From positions 1,813 to 65,812 of the IMG/VR virus record IMGVR_UViG_3300030376_007339: 64,000 bases of DNA; one strand, 5' to 3'. The translations under genes were made by a program, and so were the position numbers. The stretch comes from a virus (Duplodnaviria; Caudoviricetes). Each line of letters opens with the position of its first letter. Position 1 is the stretch's first letter. Shown here in pieces: positions 40,620-50,956 of the stretch. The notes beneath the pieces are model-generated. The model had not been told where the DNA came from, made no database searches, and was given only the letters and a program-made list of their open reading frames with translations.

Positions 40620-40984
40620 TCAGAATATCGACCAAAAGTTCCTGATGTTTTTGAAAATTGTGATTTGCGAATGCCATTTGAAATGACTCCCGGTAACTTG
40701 CTACCTACAATTCCACCCTTTCTGCCCTGACTATCTGTGAATTTTAGTACAGGAACTCCGCCTGCAAAAATATCATTTGGTCCTATCAAACCGTTTTTCA
40801 AATTCTCCGCCTTAGCAATTTCTCCATTTAGGTCTTCTGATAGAAAGTCAGCCAACTTTTGTAGTTCTGACAAATGTTGTTTTGCAAGGTTCGCATCACC
40901 GTCTTCAAGGTTACTCAAAAACGCCTTTTGATGTTGTTCCATTTTACGTGCCATTGGATGCATTTTTAGTAAATCCATGTTCAT
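40616..40984 (-). CDS. Hypothetical head-module protein
   Basis: 122 aa; TTTTAA box about 26-31 nt upstream; DLLK, IAKA and IRKS sites. Confidence 0.65.
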   Translation of the reverse strand: MNMDLLKMHPMARKMEQHQKAFLSNLEDGDANLAKQHLSELQKLADFLSEDLNGEIAKAENLKNGLIGPNDIFAGGVPVLKFTDSQGRKGGIVGSKLPGVISNGIRKSQFSKTSGTFGRYSE

Positions 40985-41019
40985 CCCTGCTACCTTGAAA
41001 AGGTTCTCATTAAAAGGCT

Positions 41020-42759
41020 TTATGCTCCTCTAAAGTTTCTCGCATTATTTATTGCATCACTTCGTGTTTGGCCTAATGTCCTTTCAGGCCCTCTTTGTTG
41101 TACGCTAGTAACCGGAGAACCTATGCCCGGTGATGTTCTTCTTTGCGGTGCTGCTGGCCCACGGTTTCTAATCCCCATTCCTTGACCACCGGGTTGTGGA
41201 GGTGGCATGATATTTTGCATCATATTTGGCGGCATCTGCGGTCCAGCAGGCGGCATCATTGGTGGCGCACCTCCTTGTGGCATCATTGGTGGCATACCAC
41301 CACCCATCATTGGTTGTGGCGGTGCTTGTTGTTGTGGTTGTGGTTCAGGTTTTTTGTATGTAAAGCGTATATCTCTATCAGCAACACCATCAACTAATTC
41401 AGGTACGAAACCTAACTGTGTCATACGTTGTGCGACGTTTAACTCCTGTTCATCACGTCTTAATCTTGTAATTTCATCCTCTTCTTCGTTTGGATATAAT
41501 GTGAGTTTCCAATCATGCACACCCATACTTTTTAGTAACCTTGGGAATAAAACTTCAGTGTAAACTTTTTGACCAAATTCAACGGCACGATTTGTAACTA
41601 AGATTTGAAGCCCTTCATTATTCAAACCACCCGACTTACCATTGTCAACCATGAATATACTTGAAACACCATAATAAGCGGCAATTCTGTTTCTTATCTC
41701 ATCACGAACTGGTATGTACTGCATTTCTTCAAGTGTATCCATAAATTTGACCCAATTTACACCACCTCTCCCTGTGCTAGATTCAATACCAACTTTTGGT
41801 ACGTAATGTGGGTCACGTTCCATTTTTTCATCAACTGATTTCCAAAACGATTTCATGGATTCAAGATTATCAGTTGTAACTGAAATAATACCTTTTGGCA
41901 TTCTTCTTTTCTGATATGCCGTGTACATGTAATTATCCATAGCAGTAAGTGTCATGGCTTGCCTCCACATGGTATTTACTGGAGAGCGCCCATAGAGTTT
42001 AGAAGGATTATACTTACTAATGTGTATTACTTCTCCCTCAACAAAGTATTGCGTTTTACCACTTCCAGCCATATTCACATAATGCACATCGTGAAGTTCC
42101 ATACCACATTCTTCACAATTACCAGCCTCAGTATGTGTTTTAACTTGGTCACGGTGGATTAAACATGTTTTGTACCTGCCACCTCTTACTCCTCTTTTAT
42201 CAGCGACAATACGCATAAAGATTGGGTCACCTCTAACCATTTCTTTCACCCTGTAAAAACTAACTTCTTTACTTTCAGGGTCAACGTAATACTCCTTTAT
42301 CATAATTAAAAATGCATCATCAACTACATTTAGGTCATTTTCTATTTCATGTAAAATGTGCAAGAATGATTGTTCCATCGAATTATCTTGTTTTAACAAC
42401 CACTTTGGGTATGTTAACTCATCAACATCGGGACTACGCACCTCTCCACCACATGATTTACATTGTTGAAGGTCATAAGTAAATTCTTCATCACACTGAG
42501 TACATTTATTGTGAAACTTTTTTTCCCAATAATGTCCTCTTCTGAACATTTCTTGTCTTAATTTTGAAAGCACTGTTCTAAGAATTAAACATTCTGTGCT
42601 TACGGCATAAAGAGCAGGAATAGTAATTCCTTGTGCCATTACGGGTTCTTGTACGCCACTTGTCCAAAGCGGCATAGTCGGCGTTGGAGATTGGCGGCGC
42701 TTGAACGGTTTTCCAAGTGCCGACAAAAATCGACTTATCCTGCTTTCATCATCAGCCAT
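41020..42759 (-). CDS. Portal protein with Zn-ribbon inserts and P/Q/M-rich tail
   Basis: Likely start 42759 (TAATG overlap); VIHISKYNPSKLYGRSP, MPKGII, IAAYYGVSSIF portal motifs; CxxC pairs. Confidence 0.9.
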   Translation of the reverse strand: MADDESRISRFLSALGKPFKRRQSPTPTMPLWTSGVQEPVMAQGITIPALYAVSTECLILRTVLSKLRQEMFRRGHYWEKKFHNKCTQCDEEFTYDLQQCKSCGGEVRSPDVDELTYPKWLLKQDNSMEQSFLHILHEIENDLNVVDDAFLIMIKEYYVDPESKEVSFYRVKEMVRGDPIFMRIVADKRGVRGGRYKTCLIHRDQVKTHTEAGNCEECGMELHDVHYVNMAGSGKTQYFVEGEVIHISKYNPSKLYGRSPVNTMWRQAMTLTAMDNYMYTAYQKRRMPKGIISVTTDNLESMKSFWKSVDEKMERDPHYVPKVGIESSTGRGGVNWVKFMDTLEEMQYIPVRDEIRNRIAAYYGVSSIFMVDNGKSGGLNNEGLQILVTNRAVEFGQKVYTEVLFPRLLKSMGVHDWKLTLYPNEEEDEITRLRRDEQELNVAQRMTQLGFVPELVDGVADRDIRFTYKKPEPQPQQQAPPQPMMGGGMPPMMPQGGAPPMMPPAGPQMPPNMMQNIMPPPQPGGQGMGIRNRGPAAPQRRTSPGIGSPVTSVQQRGPERTLGQTRSDAINNARNFRGA

Positions 42760-44066
42760 TACAAACTCTCCGCATATCCACCTATGGTATCCGCATCGAT
42801 ACCCCACTTATTTAAGAGATTATTGGCCTTTTTAGTATCATCTTTCCAATTATTATAGGTAACTAATTGATACAATTCTCTCTTTTTTAATTTGTCATCT
42901 TCATCAATAAATTTCAAAACCGCCTTTGCCTGCAACGATTTCATTTTGAGATGAGGTAAAATCCCTTTTAATAATTGCCGTAAATCTCCTTTTGAAGAAA
43001 ATATAAGTCGATGTTGACTCCGAACACTGTTTTTATGTATTCTTTGATTTAATACGAGTCTTCCGCATCCTAGTGCTTTATGTAAACTTTCACACTGAGT
43101 TTTACCTCTTTCACCTGTAGCAACGAATGTTGCTCTCGGTTCTCCTCTTTCAGAAATAAATATACTACCATCAGCATCAAGGAAACCAGCAGCGTAAGCC
43201 CACACATCTTTGATGATTATACCATGCGTTCCTAACTTGACATAATCACCCCTTGAGTTCGACTGGAAAATGTCTTTTTCTTCACCATACATTTTAATAG
43301 TTTTAGACAATTTTTTAGGAGTAATTGATTTATGTAAAACTTCAACTCCACGCCTTACTAACTCACGACTACTCAAAGGACCTGATTTTTCTAATTGTAT
43401 TGAAACATACTCCAACGCATTTTGGTCGTGCTTTGAAATAGTATCAATTTGATGTAAAGTATTACGCCACATTTTCTTTGAATCTTTTCTTAATTGCATG
43501 GCTACAGACCAATTCGATTGGTCATCCATATCCCAAGAATCTTTTTCATTTAACATGGACAATACAGAATATGCTTTCAAAAACTGTTGACAGGCTTTTT
43601 GTAAACTTGTACCTCTTGACTCACCAAATTTTCGCAAGGCTTTCAGACTTCTATCACTTAGTCCCATTTGCTTAATGATATGCTCAAGACCATCTGACCA
43701 ACTTAAATTGTTAATCGTTGCTTCAACTTCCATGGCTTTTATGGTTCTAACATCTTTTATGATACCGTCAATTTCTTCACGATTATCTTTATTAACACGT
43801 CGCATTTTTCTACACATACGTATTATTTCATCTGCATCTTTACCGTATGCGGTCTTAAGCCAACCATCACCATTTTCAGGAAATTTATATGACCTTATTT
43901 CATCAGAAGAATATATTCCTGATGATTTTTCAAGTGGTATGGATGAAAAGTCAAAATGAGGATGCTGCGACAGATTTTGTATAATCTTTACAGTATGTTC
44001 GTCGCCTTTTATGACTGGTGCATCATAGTCATCTCCTATGATGGCACTACCCCACATATTGACCAC
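42759..44066 (-). CDS. Free-standing LAGLIDADG-domain protein with large N-terminal region
   Basis: AYAAGFLDADGSIFI plus downstream beta-strands and L..ILPHL..K..QA; one LAGLIDADG motif; preceded by a wHTH-like segment. Confidence 0.8.
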   Translation of the reverse strand: MVNMWGSAIIGDDYDAPVIKGDEHTVKIIQNLSQHPHFDFSSIPLEKSSGIYSSDEIRSYKFPENGDGWLKTAYGKDADEIIRMCRKMRRVNKDNREEIDGIIKDVRTIKAMEVEATINNLSWSDGLEHIIKQMGLSDRSLKALRKFGESRGTSLQKACQQFLKAYSVLSMLNEKDSWDMDDQSNWSVAMQLRKDSKKMWRNTLHQIDTISKHDQNALEYVSIQLEKSGPLSSRELVRRGVEVLHKSITPKKLSKTIKMYGEEKDIFQSNSRGDYVKLGTHGIIIKDVWAYAAGFLDADGSIFISERGEPRATFVATGERGKTQCESLHKALGCGRLVLNQRIHKNSVRSQHRLIFSSKGDLRQLLKGILPHLKMKSLQAKAVLKFIDEDDKLKKRELYQLVTYNNWKDDTKKANNLLNKWGIDADTIGGYAESL

Positions 44067-44083
44067 TCGATTGTCCTATGTTA

Positions 44084-44227
44084 TCAATCTTGCTTTAGGT
44101 ATTTCCAAGCATCATCCATTTTCTTCTTCTCATCAGGGTCAGCCGTTTTTACTGGCGATTTAGGTGGCTTACCACCCAATGCAATAACAACGACCATGCC
44201 TTTTTTCTTCTTTTTATCATCTTTCAT
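44084..44227 (-). CDS. 47-aa basic protein ending in the tag MDDAWKYLKQD
   Basis: Not in the track; RBS GGAGATGA; MKDDKKKKKGMVVVIALGGKPPKSPVKTADPDEKKKMDDAWKYLKQD. Confidence 0.7.
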   Translation of the reverse strand: MKDDKKKKKGMVVVIALGGKPPKSPVKTADPDEKKKMDDAWKYLKQD

Positions 44228-44238
44228 TTTATCATCTC

Positions 44239-45726
44239 CTATGGAACCATCCACGAATTTTTATTGTGATTTCTGTGCGGTTTGCCAGTAATCCATTCAT
44301 CAAAGCCGGGTAATATATCGTCAAGTAATATTACTGAGCCTTTGAATTCTTTTGTACCCCAATTAGCAAGTGCTAACGCCATGGCTAAGTCATCGTGAGT
44401 TCCAACAGACTCTAACTTACCATTCTTTTGCATACCGAATCGATTTAACTCCTGTTCTAATGTATTAGTGAACTTTCGGCTTCTTTCATCACCATATGGT
44501 GTTTGGATTTGTCCTTGTTCAAACGCCATAAGCAATGACATAAAGATACTTTCTTTTCTTTGTCTTGTTGTCATAAAAGTACGTATAGGAATATCATTTC
44601 TCATTTCTCTGAGTTCTGCTTCAAACATTCTTTGAAAGTTGTTACCCTCAAGTTCTATCAAATCAGGTTGAAATCTGTTATTTAACATTAAAATATGTTT
44701 TTTCTGTGCAGCCCCACCCATACCCTTTTCGTGTACAATCCCAACGATTTGTTTTACATTGTCATCGGGTGGTGTACGTAACACCATCATAGCGGTATAG
44801 TCAGCATTTTTATCTGAAGCAATTGCAGTATCCCACCCAATAAAGTGTTGACCGAATACACCAGCAGGATTACCTTCCTCATCGTATTCTGTTTCTGCTT
44901 TATCGAGTAAAACTAAATCATGATTACGGGCTTCTTCAAGTATCGTATGTGGAAACATACTTGCAACATCGTGAATAGGTTCACACAAATATTCACGGCT
45001 AAACTGAATCGCTGGCATAGATAACCTTCGTTGTTCAAGTGCTTCAAGATTCCAACGTTCCGGCCATAATGCTTTTCCATCATTATCTATAGCAGGATAA
45101 GTTTCTACATTGAATGTTTCTTTTTCTTCTAATTCTGCGTACAAGTCATTGTAAGAAAACGGTGTACCTACCATCATTAGTCGTGATGAGTGGTGAAGAA
45201 CAGGGAGAAGAACACCATAGAACCAATCTGCTGCTCTTTGTAATTCACCTCCAGTCGTACCCCATAGAATGTCATCACATACTACAACATCAGGGTGGAA
45301 ACCACGAGTAGCACCACCAACCGACTTTGCCATGATACGAGAGCCGTTAGTAAATTCAAAGTATGATTTTGCCCAAGGTCTTCCTTGGTCAGGTTTTAAA
45401 TTACGTAAAATATCAGCACTTTCTATATTATTACGAATAAATCTCATGTGTTCAAGTGTCTGTTCTAATGAGTGTGAAAAAATCATGATGTGAGTACCGG
45501 GTTGAAAAGCAGCCAACCAAAGAGCATATGACATAAACAGAGTTGATTTACCGTGGTCACGACTCGCTTTAACACAATAATAACGATGTTCACTCAAACC
45601 CTGTTCCCATGACTCATGATGATGACTGTAGTGAAAATCTAAAATTTCTGTGAAGAAAAATTTGAATGATTTTTTTGCCATCTCTCTATCCATGTCAAGG
45701 ATAAATGCTTTCATATCATCAGTCAC
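44239..45726 (-). CDS. terL: Terminase large subunit
   Basis: Walker A RDHGKST, Walker B VVVCDD, RNase-H-type IGWDTA and HDDLAMALALA. Confidence 0.95.
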   Translation of the reverse strand: MTDDMKAFILDMDREMAKKSFKFFFTEILDFHYSHHHESWEQGLSEHRYYCVKASRDHGKSTLFMSYALWLAAFQPGTHIMIFSHSLEQTLEHMRFIRNNIESADILRNLKPDQGRPWAKSYFEFTNGSRIMAKSVGGATRGFHPDVVVCDDILWGTTGGELQRAADWFYGVLLPVLHHSSRLMMVGTPFSYNDLYAELEEKETFNVETYPAIDNDGKALWPERWNLEALEQRRLSMPAIQFSREYLCEPIHDVASMFPHTILEEARNHDLVLLDKAETEYDEEGNPAGVFGQHFIGWDTAIASDKNADYTAMMVLRTPPDDNVKQIVGIVHEKGMGGAAQKKHILMLNNRFQPDLIELEGNNFQRMFEAELREMRNDIPIRTFMTTRQRKESIFMSLLMAFEQGQIQTPYGDERSRKFTNTLEQELNRFGMQKNGKLESVGTHDDLAMALALANWGTKEFKGSVILLDDILPGFDEWITGKPHRNHNKNSWMVP

Positions 45727-45730
45727 AAAC

Positions 45731-46837
45731 TCACCTTGACTTTAGATACATAGTTGCACAGGCAAATCCAACAGATTCAGGACTCTTTGCGAATATACCA
45801 TCACCGAGAATATGCATAGCGTTGATTGCGAAAATATTGGCAAGAGTCATTTCACTTTTTCGGGGTAAATTAGCAGTAGTTGAACCCATACCATAGACCT
45901 GCTGGCCCGGACCATAGACCTGCTGGCCCTGACCATAGCCAACGGTTGATTGACCTGCAACAGGTTGTTGTTGACCCATCGCATCAATATTTGCATACAT
46001 TTCATTTACATCTGTGTTAGTAGGATTTTGTTGTTGTGCAATAACCTGTTCCATATTCATTGGTTGTGCTTGTTGTGCTGGTTGTACTGGTTGTTGCATT
46101 TGTTGAAATTGTGGTTGTTGCATTTGTTGAAATTGTGTTTGTGCAGGTGTTAGTCCCATTGTTCCTTGAGTTTGAGGTCCATAAGTAGGTGGTGGACCTC
46201 TTTGTTGAGGGGTGGTCGGTAAAGGTGCTGATGACACTGGTATCGGCGCTGCTGGTTGTGCTGCTGGTGCTGCTGGTTGTGCTACTGGTGCTTGTGGTGT
46301 TGCTTGTGGTTGTAATGCACTCATGTCTAAATTAGTACCCGGTGGCTTTTCTGCTGTTGGTTTTGCTGTTGATTGTGCTGCTGGTGCTGGTGCTGGTGCT
46401 GGTGCTGGCGGCAGTTGATTAGCAACGCTCGACGGCAAAGGTGTACCTACTGGTGTTGGCTTCGGTGCCTCATTTGTTGGTAAAGGAATTTGTTCTACCG
46501 GTTTTCGTGGCGCTGCCATGGCTTGATTTGAAGGTAAAAAGCCTGATTGTTGCATTCTTCGTGTTGGGTCAATAGCAGACATATAATCTGCACCTTGTAA
46601 AAGCGGGTCGAATCGGTTACTTGATTGCATGTTTAAACCGACTTGATTAGCAGCAGAAGCAGCAGCAAGAGTTTTCGCACCAAGTCCTAAAGCAGCCCTA
46701 AATCTTGCTCCTTTACTCGGATTTCTACTTCGCCCCATAGCAGTTCTAAACAAATTCCTAAAAGAAGGTGCAGAAGTACCAACTTCTTGAAATTGTGTAA
46801 AAGGTGCTTGTTTTAAAACTAATATTTTATCACTCAA
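45731..46837 (-). CDS. P/Q/A-rich low-complexity protein (putative head core)
   Basis: 368 aa; N-terminal KILVLKQ; short tandem repeats (QFQQMQQP x2, GQQVYG x2). Confidence 0.7.
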   Translation of the reverse strand: MSDKILVLKQAPFTQFQEVGTSAPSFRNLFRTAMGRSRNPSKGARFRAALGLGAKTLAAASAANQVGLNMQSSNRFDPLLQGADYMSAIDPTRRMQQSGFLPSNQAMAAPRKPVEQIPLPTNEAPKPTPVGTPLPSSVANQLPPAPAPAPAPAAQSTAKPTAEKPPGTNLDMSALQPQATPQAPVAQPAAPAAQPAAPIPVSSAPLPTTPQQRGPPPTYGPQTQGTMGLTPAQTQFQQMQQPQFQQMQQPVQPAQQAQPMNMEQVIAQQQNPTNTDVNEMYANIDAMGQQQPVAGQSTVGYGQGQQVYGPGQQVYGMGSTTANLPRKSEMTLANIFAINAMHILGDGIFAKSPESVGFACATMYLKSR

Positions 46838-46839
46838 AG

Positions 46840-48999
46840 TTATCGCCCCATGTTTACTTTTATAACCTTCACTATGTTGGATTTTACGTTGTATGCTTTA
46901 GCGACTTTATCCCAATCACCCATGGTTTGATTGATTGAATTTATATCGTTCTCAGATAGCCCCACGTGTTCTATAAAATTACTTTTACTGTTGAATTTTG
47001 TAATTTCATCATCTATCGTTGCATTTTGGAATTGTACTTTTTCAAGCCCTTTCATGATTCTATCCATGACTGGTAAATGCTCATCTTCACCTTTTGCCAT
47101 AAATTGAGTAAGAAGTGTTTGCCTTGGGTCAGCAAGCCCCATCTGCGCTCTTTGTTCAACAGGTGTTAACTCCGCAGGCATGTTCGGCATGAAATCTCTT
47201 CTTGTCAATTGCCTAAATCTTGAAGGGTCAAGAGCAGCGATTTGTGGTCTTACCTGTTGGAAACTTGTCGGCAATGGTGCCATTTGTGGAGGTGCCCTAC
47301 CGGAGAGTTGTTGTTGTTGTTGGGACACTGAGACAGGAGGTGGTGTAACCTGAGGTTGTTGATTGATTGGGGTTGTAGAGGTATCCTCTCCGGTAGGACT
47401 GGGAACTTCTTCACGCTGCGGTAATGCAGGTGTTGGCGCAAAGTCATGTATCGAATGCAAATACGCATCCATGTGTGGGTCAAGGGCAATATCATCACCC
47501 TCCATTGGAAAACCATGTATATCATACCCCATCATGGGTTCTGTAGGAATATCTCCTAGTCCCATTTTTACGTTGTGACCTCTTGCTGTGGCTTGATGGT
47601 CAGCAAGTGCTTCGATGATATTTCGGTATCTATCAACTTGTTCAATTAAATTATCACTGTAATGAAAACCCATTGCATTAAGTTCTTTGCTGTTAATATC
47701 GTGTGTCGAAAGATTACTACGTGAATCATCTTCTGCATCCATACCGGATTTTCTTGCTAAACCCATCATTCTTACGGCAGATAAATGCATCCCATCCCCT
47801 CCCGCCTGACCTGCTTTGAAATACCTTTTATGGTCATCAAAACTTATCCCATCTTCGCCAAGGCCGTAGACTTGTAAGAGATTGTTAAACTGCTTGCTGA
47901 AATTTCCTTGCCCACTACGTCCAAACAAATACATCAAAGCAGGTGAATGAGCCATATCTTCTATTAATTTCCTTCTTAGTTCGGGTGTTTGTAAAACTTC
48001 AGGAAGTGGTCTTTGAATCATATCAGGGTTAGCAAGTGTGCCTTGATTAAGTGTAATTGGTATGTTTGGGATATGTTCAGGCCCTCGTGCAAGTGCTTCT
48101 GTAATGAATCTTTCAGAACGATTATAAAGACCTTCTTTTTGGTCCCAACTTGGTTTTCTACCAGTTTTTTCCATCTTTTTATTAACGGCTGGATAATACA
48201 TTACATTTGGTAAATGATGTGTTGTTTCCCATGTGTGAACTGGTATAGATGAAGAATAACGTTTATCTGGCGCACGTCCAATCATATCAGGAGTAAGCGC
48301 ACTCGGATGTTCTTTTGGGTTAGATTGAATCCAACCTTGTGGTGCCGTGTGACGTGCGTAAAGATATGGATAAAGAACACCTGATTTCATCTCTCTCCAT
48401 ATATCTCTTGGAATTTTAAATTCATCTTCAAGTATGTGTTGAAGTTGTTGATTAAAAGGAATTGAATATGATTCTATAAATCTCCCTAGCGGAGTTTTGT
48501 CAGCATTTTTATTTGTATAAGTTGTAATTAATGTATTATTGTGAGTTTTAGTTGCTCGTTCTGATTCGCTTCTCGTGTTTACACCCGGTGGTAAAACATT
48601 GGCTCTTATTTTTCTCCATGCTAAACTATCAAAAGACGGGATTTGATGTTTGTCAGAAACATGTGTATCATTAAATTTTTTTATTGCAGCATTAATTACT
48701 TCAACTGGAGATGCATTTATTCCTAATTTACGAAAAAAGGACCCAAGTTTCATGGCTAAAGCATCTATACCGTGATAAAAAGCCCCTTCATCTGTATTAT
48801 ATTGCATAATACCATTTTGCACAGAAAATTCACCCGGTATGGTTGCGCCTCTTCCATTGTGTGCAAAAGCAGGTATATCAGGTTCATTTGCTGGTGTAAA
48901 TGCCGTTGGTGGAGGATTTCTAAAAACAGTTGGACCCTCAGGAGGGTGACCTACCATACTCCACGCTTTACGAATTGTACTAGGCTTGATGCCTATCAT
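46840..48999 (-). CDS. Hypothetical protein (719 aa) with P/Q-rich linker and C-terminal small helical domain
   Basis: Long ORF coupled to its neighbours; no recognisable catalytic motif. Confidence 0.7.
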   Translation of the reverse strand: MIGIKPSTIRKAWSMVGHPPEGPTVFRNPPPTAFTPANEPDIPAFAHNGRGATIPGEFSVQNGIMQYNTDEGAFYHGIDALAMKLGSFFRKLGINASPVEVINAAIKKFNDTHVSDKHQIPSFDSLAWRKIRANVLPPGVNTRSESERATKTHNNTLITTYTNKNADKTPLGRFIESYSIPFNQQLQHILEDEFKIPRDIWREMKSGVLYPYLYARHTAPQGWIQSNPKEHPSALTPDMIGRAPDKRYSSSIPVHTWETTHHLPNVMYYPAVNKKMEKTGRKPSWDQKEGLYNRSERFITEALARGPEHIPNIPITLNQGTLANPDMIQRPLPEVLQTPELRRKLIEDMAHSPALMYLFGRSGQGNFSKQFNNLLQVYGLGEDGISFDDHKRYFKAGQAGGDGMHLSAVRMMGLARKSGMDAEDDSRSNLSTHDINSKELNAMGFHYSDNLIEQVDRYRNIIEALADHQATARGHNVKMGLGDIPTEPMMGYDIHGFPMEGDDIALDPHMDAYLHSIHDFAPTPALPQREEVPSPTGEDTSTTPINQQPQVTPPPVSVSQQQQQLSGRAPPQMAPLPTSFQQVRPQIAALDPSRFRQLTRRDFMPNMPAELTPVEQRAQMGLADPRQTLLTQFMAKGEDEHLPVMDRIMKGLEKVQFQNATIDDEITKFNSKSNFIEHVGLSENDINSINQTMGDWDKVAKAYNVKSNIVKVIKVNMGR

Positions 49000-50276
49000 C
49001 CCATGTGCCCCCTTCTCGATACAAGGTATCCAGCAGGGTCAAGACCTAAACGACTTGAGTTAGTTTCTAAATTCTGTGTAGGTCCGTCATTTTTCTCATC
49101 TTCATCTTCATGTTGATGAACTCCAGCAGGGTGAGCAGGAACAGCACCTTCTTCAAAAGCAGAAGCCGTGCCTGCTTTTTTCAATCTCTCTCTTTGTAAA
49201 TTCATTAATTCACGTAATAATTTAAGATATTCTGTGCGTGAAGCATGACGGTTTGATTTAAGAAAATCACTTTCAGTTCGGTCTTCGCTCATCATCATAG
49301 AAGACGAGGGTGCTGGCATACTTGGAACACTACTCATTGGTGGTGCAATTTGAGGCATAGGTGGCATAGGCGGTCTTGGTACACGTGGCACTCTTGGTAA
49401 TCTCGGTCTTGACATACGACGAAGAGATGGTCGTACCATCATACCTTGTTGACCCGGCATTAATCCACCAAGTCTTCCTGCACCTGTCGGTCCAGCATAG
49501 AATGACCTTGCACTGTGTCTTGCGTGTGGACTAAATGTAGTTCTTACATTACCAAGTATTTTACGTGCTTCTGATTGCCCCATATATTGACGATATTTTT
49601 GAGGGTCTTTACTCATGGGTTGTTTAGTAGCAATACCTCGGTGAGACATCTCAACAGACAAATGTGGTTTCATTAAACCAGTTTTTCTGCCACCTTTTAT
49701 TCCTCTCATACGGGCTTTGAAACGGCGCATGGTAGCACCTCTTGGGTCCATTCCACCCGGAGGTCGTTTGAATTGTCCTGTTGATGGGCGAAATTCTTGG
49801 CGTTTTTCTCTTCTCCTTCGTGCTTCTATAGTTTTTGGAGTTTCACGCTTTAATAGTGTAGACCAAGCATCTTCCATAGGTTCACCTGTCATTATGCTTC
49901 CCATCGCTGAACCTGTGCCCGTTTTTGCACCTGTGGCTAAATCAAGTAAATGTCCACGACTACCAGCAGGGCCACCTTGAAGTCCTATCTCACGTTCATC
50001 GTCACGCTTGTTACCATCATCTAAACCGCCTTCTGTTTCTAATTCAGGCCCACTTGAAAGTCCTTGAGAGGGTTTAATTTTGATATGTTTTATATCTTTT
50101 AATTTCTTTTTTCTGGATTCTTCTTTAGCCTTTTTCTCATCCATTCTTTTTTCTTTATCATAAGATGAAGTAGGACCGTATCTTGTTTCGTCTTCATTTA
50201 CTGAAGAGTACATAGTGGCTGACTCACTTCTCGGAGAGTACATTCTTGTGTCAGAACCTCTTCCCATCATCGGCAT
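48996..50276 (-). CDS. Highly basic R/K/P/M-rich protein with internal tag TGEPMEDAWSTLLK
   Basis: 426 aa; tag at 49848-49889 precedes the Arg-rich region. Confidence 0.75.
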   Translation of the reverse strand: MPMMGRGSDTRMYSPRSESATMYSSVNEDETRYGPTSSYDKEKRMDEKKAKEESRKKKLKDIKHIKIKPSQGLSSGPELETEGGLDDGNKRDDEREIGLQGGPAGSRGHLLDLATGAKTGTGSAMGSIMTGEPMEDAWSTLLKRETPKTIEARRRREKRQEFRPSTGQFKRPPGGMDPRGATMRRFKARMRGIKGGRKTGLMKPHLSVEMSHRGIATKQPMSKDPQKYRQYMGQSEARKILGNVRTTFSPHARHSARSFYAGPTGAGRLGGLMPGQQGMMVRPSLRRMSRPRLPRVPRVPRPPMPPMPQIAPPMSSVPSMPAPSSSMMMSEDRTESDFLKSNRHASRTEYLKLLRELMNLQRERLKKAGTASAFEEGAVPAHPAGVHQHEDEDEKNDGPTQNLETNSSRLGLDPAGYLVSRRGHMG

Positions 50277-50956
50277 TACTCAACCCCCATATTCGCCATC
50301 AATTGATTTTTTACTCTCATCCACACTTCAGGGCTTTCTTTGCTTAATTCAAGTTGTAATACATTGATTGTTTGATTAATCTGTGTACCATCACTTTGTG
50401 GCCCCCATTGGTCCTCGAAGCGAAGCAAGTCTTTGATAGTTTCACGTACTTCTTTGTGTAAAATTACTGCATCTCTAACAAATCCATCCTCATGAACAGT
50501 GCCTTCGTCAAGCAGTTCAGACAATTTATGATTTAGTTTTTGTGCGTTAGAACGTAGCAATTCGATTTCTTTTCCGGCCGTTAGCGCAACTTCTAAAGCA
50601 GCCGTTTTTTGCACTAATGGTTGGAAATGATGTTTCATGTGATTGTAAACTACACTTTCTTTAATTCCTAACTCTTTTGCTATTGCATCAGTTGAACTTC
50701 CATTGTTAAAGTATTCAAATTCGTAATCACCTCTTTTCGGAGATGCACAAACAGGACAAGACGGATTAGCCGCCATGTGATAATCACCCATATGATTTCT
50801 AAAATGTCTGTCAGCAGTATTGGCTCGCCATCCCATGTTTTTATCAATTTCTTTTGGAGTAATGTGACCTTGTAAGAGTTGTTCTTCTAACTCATCTCTA
50901 TTATCAGACATACAGAACTGACATGAGCGTTTTTTTACACGCTCCGCCCCCTGCAT
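50276..50956 (-). CDS. Putative terminase small subunit-like protein with tandem Zn-HTH repeats
   Basis: Two CxxC...HTH...H-x3-H units followed by a coiled coil; first gene of the operon leading to TerL. Confidence 0.5.
   Translation of the reverse strand: MQGAERVKKRSCQFCMSDNRDELEEQLLQGHITPKEIDKNMGWRANTADRHFRNHMGDYHMAANPSCPVCASPKRGDYEFEYFNNGSSTDAIAKELGIKESVVYNHMKHHFQPLVQKTAALEVALTAGKEIELLRSNAQKLNHKLSELLDEGTVHEDGFVRDAVILHKEVRETIKDLLRFEDQWGPQSDGTQINQTINVLQLELSKESPEVWMRVKNQLMANMGVE

Noticed and set aside
42759-45726. Intein or group I intron carrying the LAGLIDADG domain in TerL or portal
   Set aside because: TerL and portal read as intact separate ORFs; no Cys/Ser...His-Asn splice ends.
48950-48999. 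TIRKAWSMVG (and YLFAWESLQKS in the 1911-aa ORF) as further tag copies
   Set aside because: Only partial matches (missing or shifted LK), so they were not counted.
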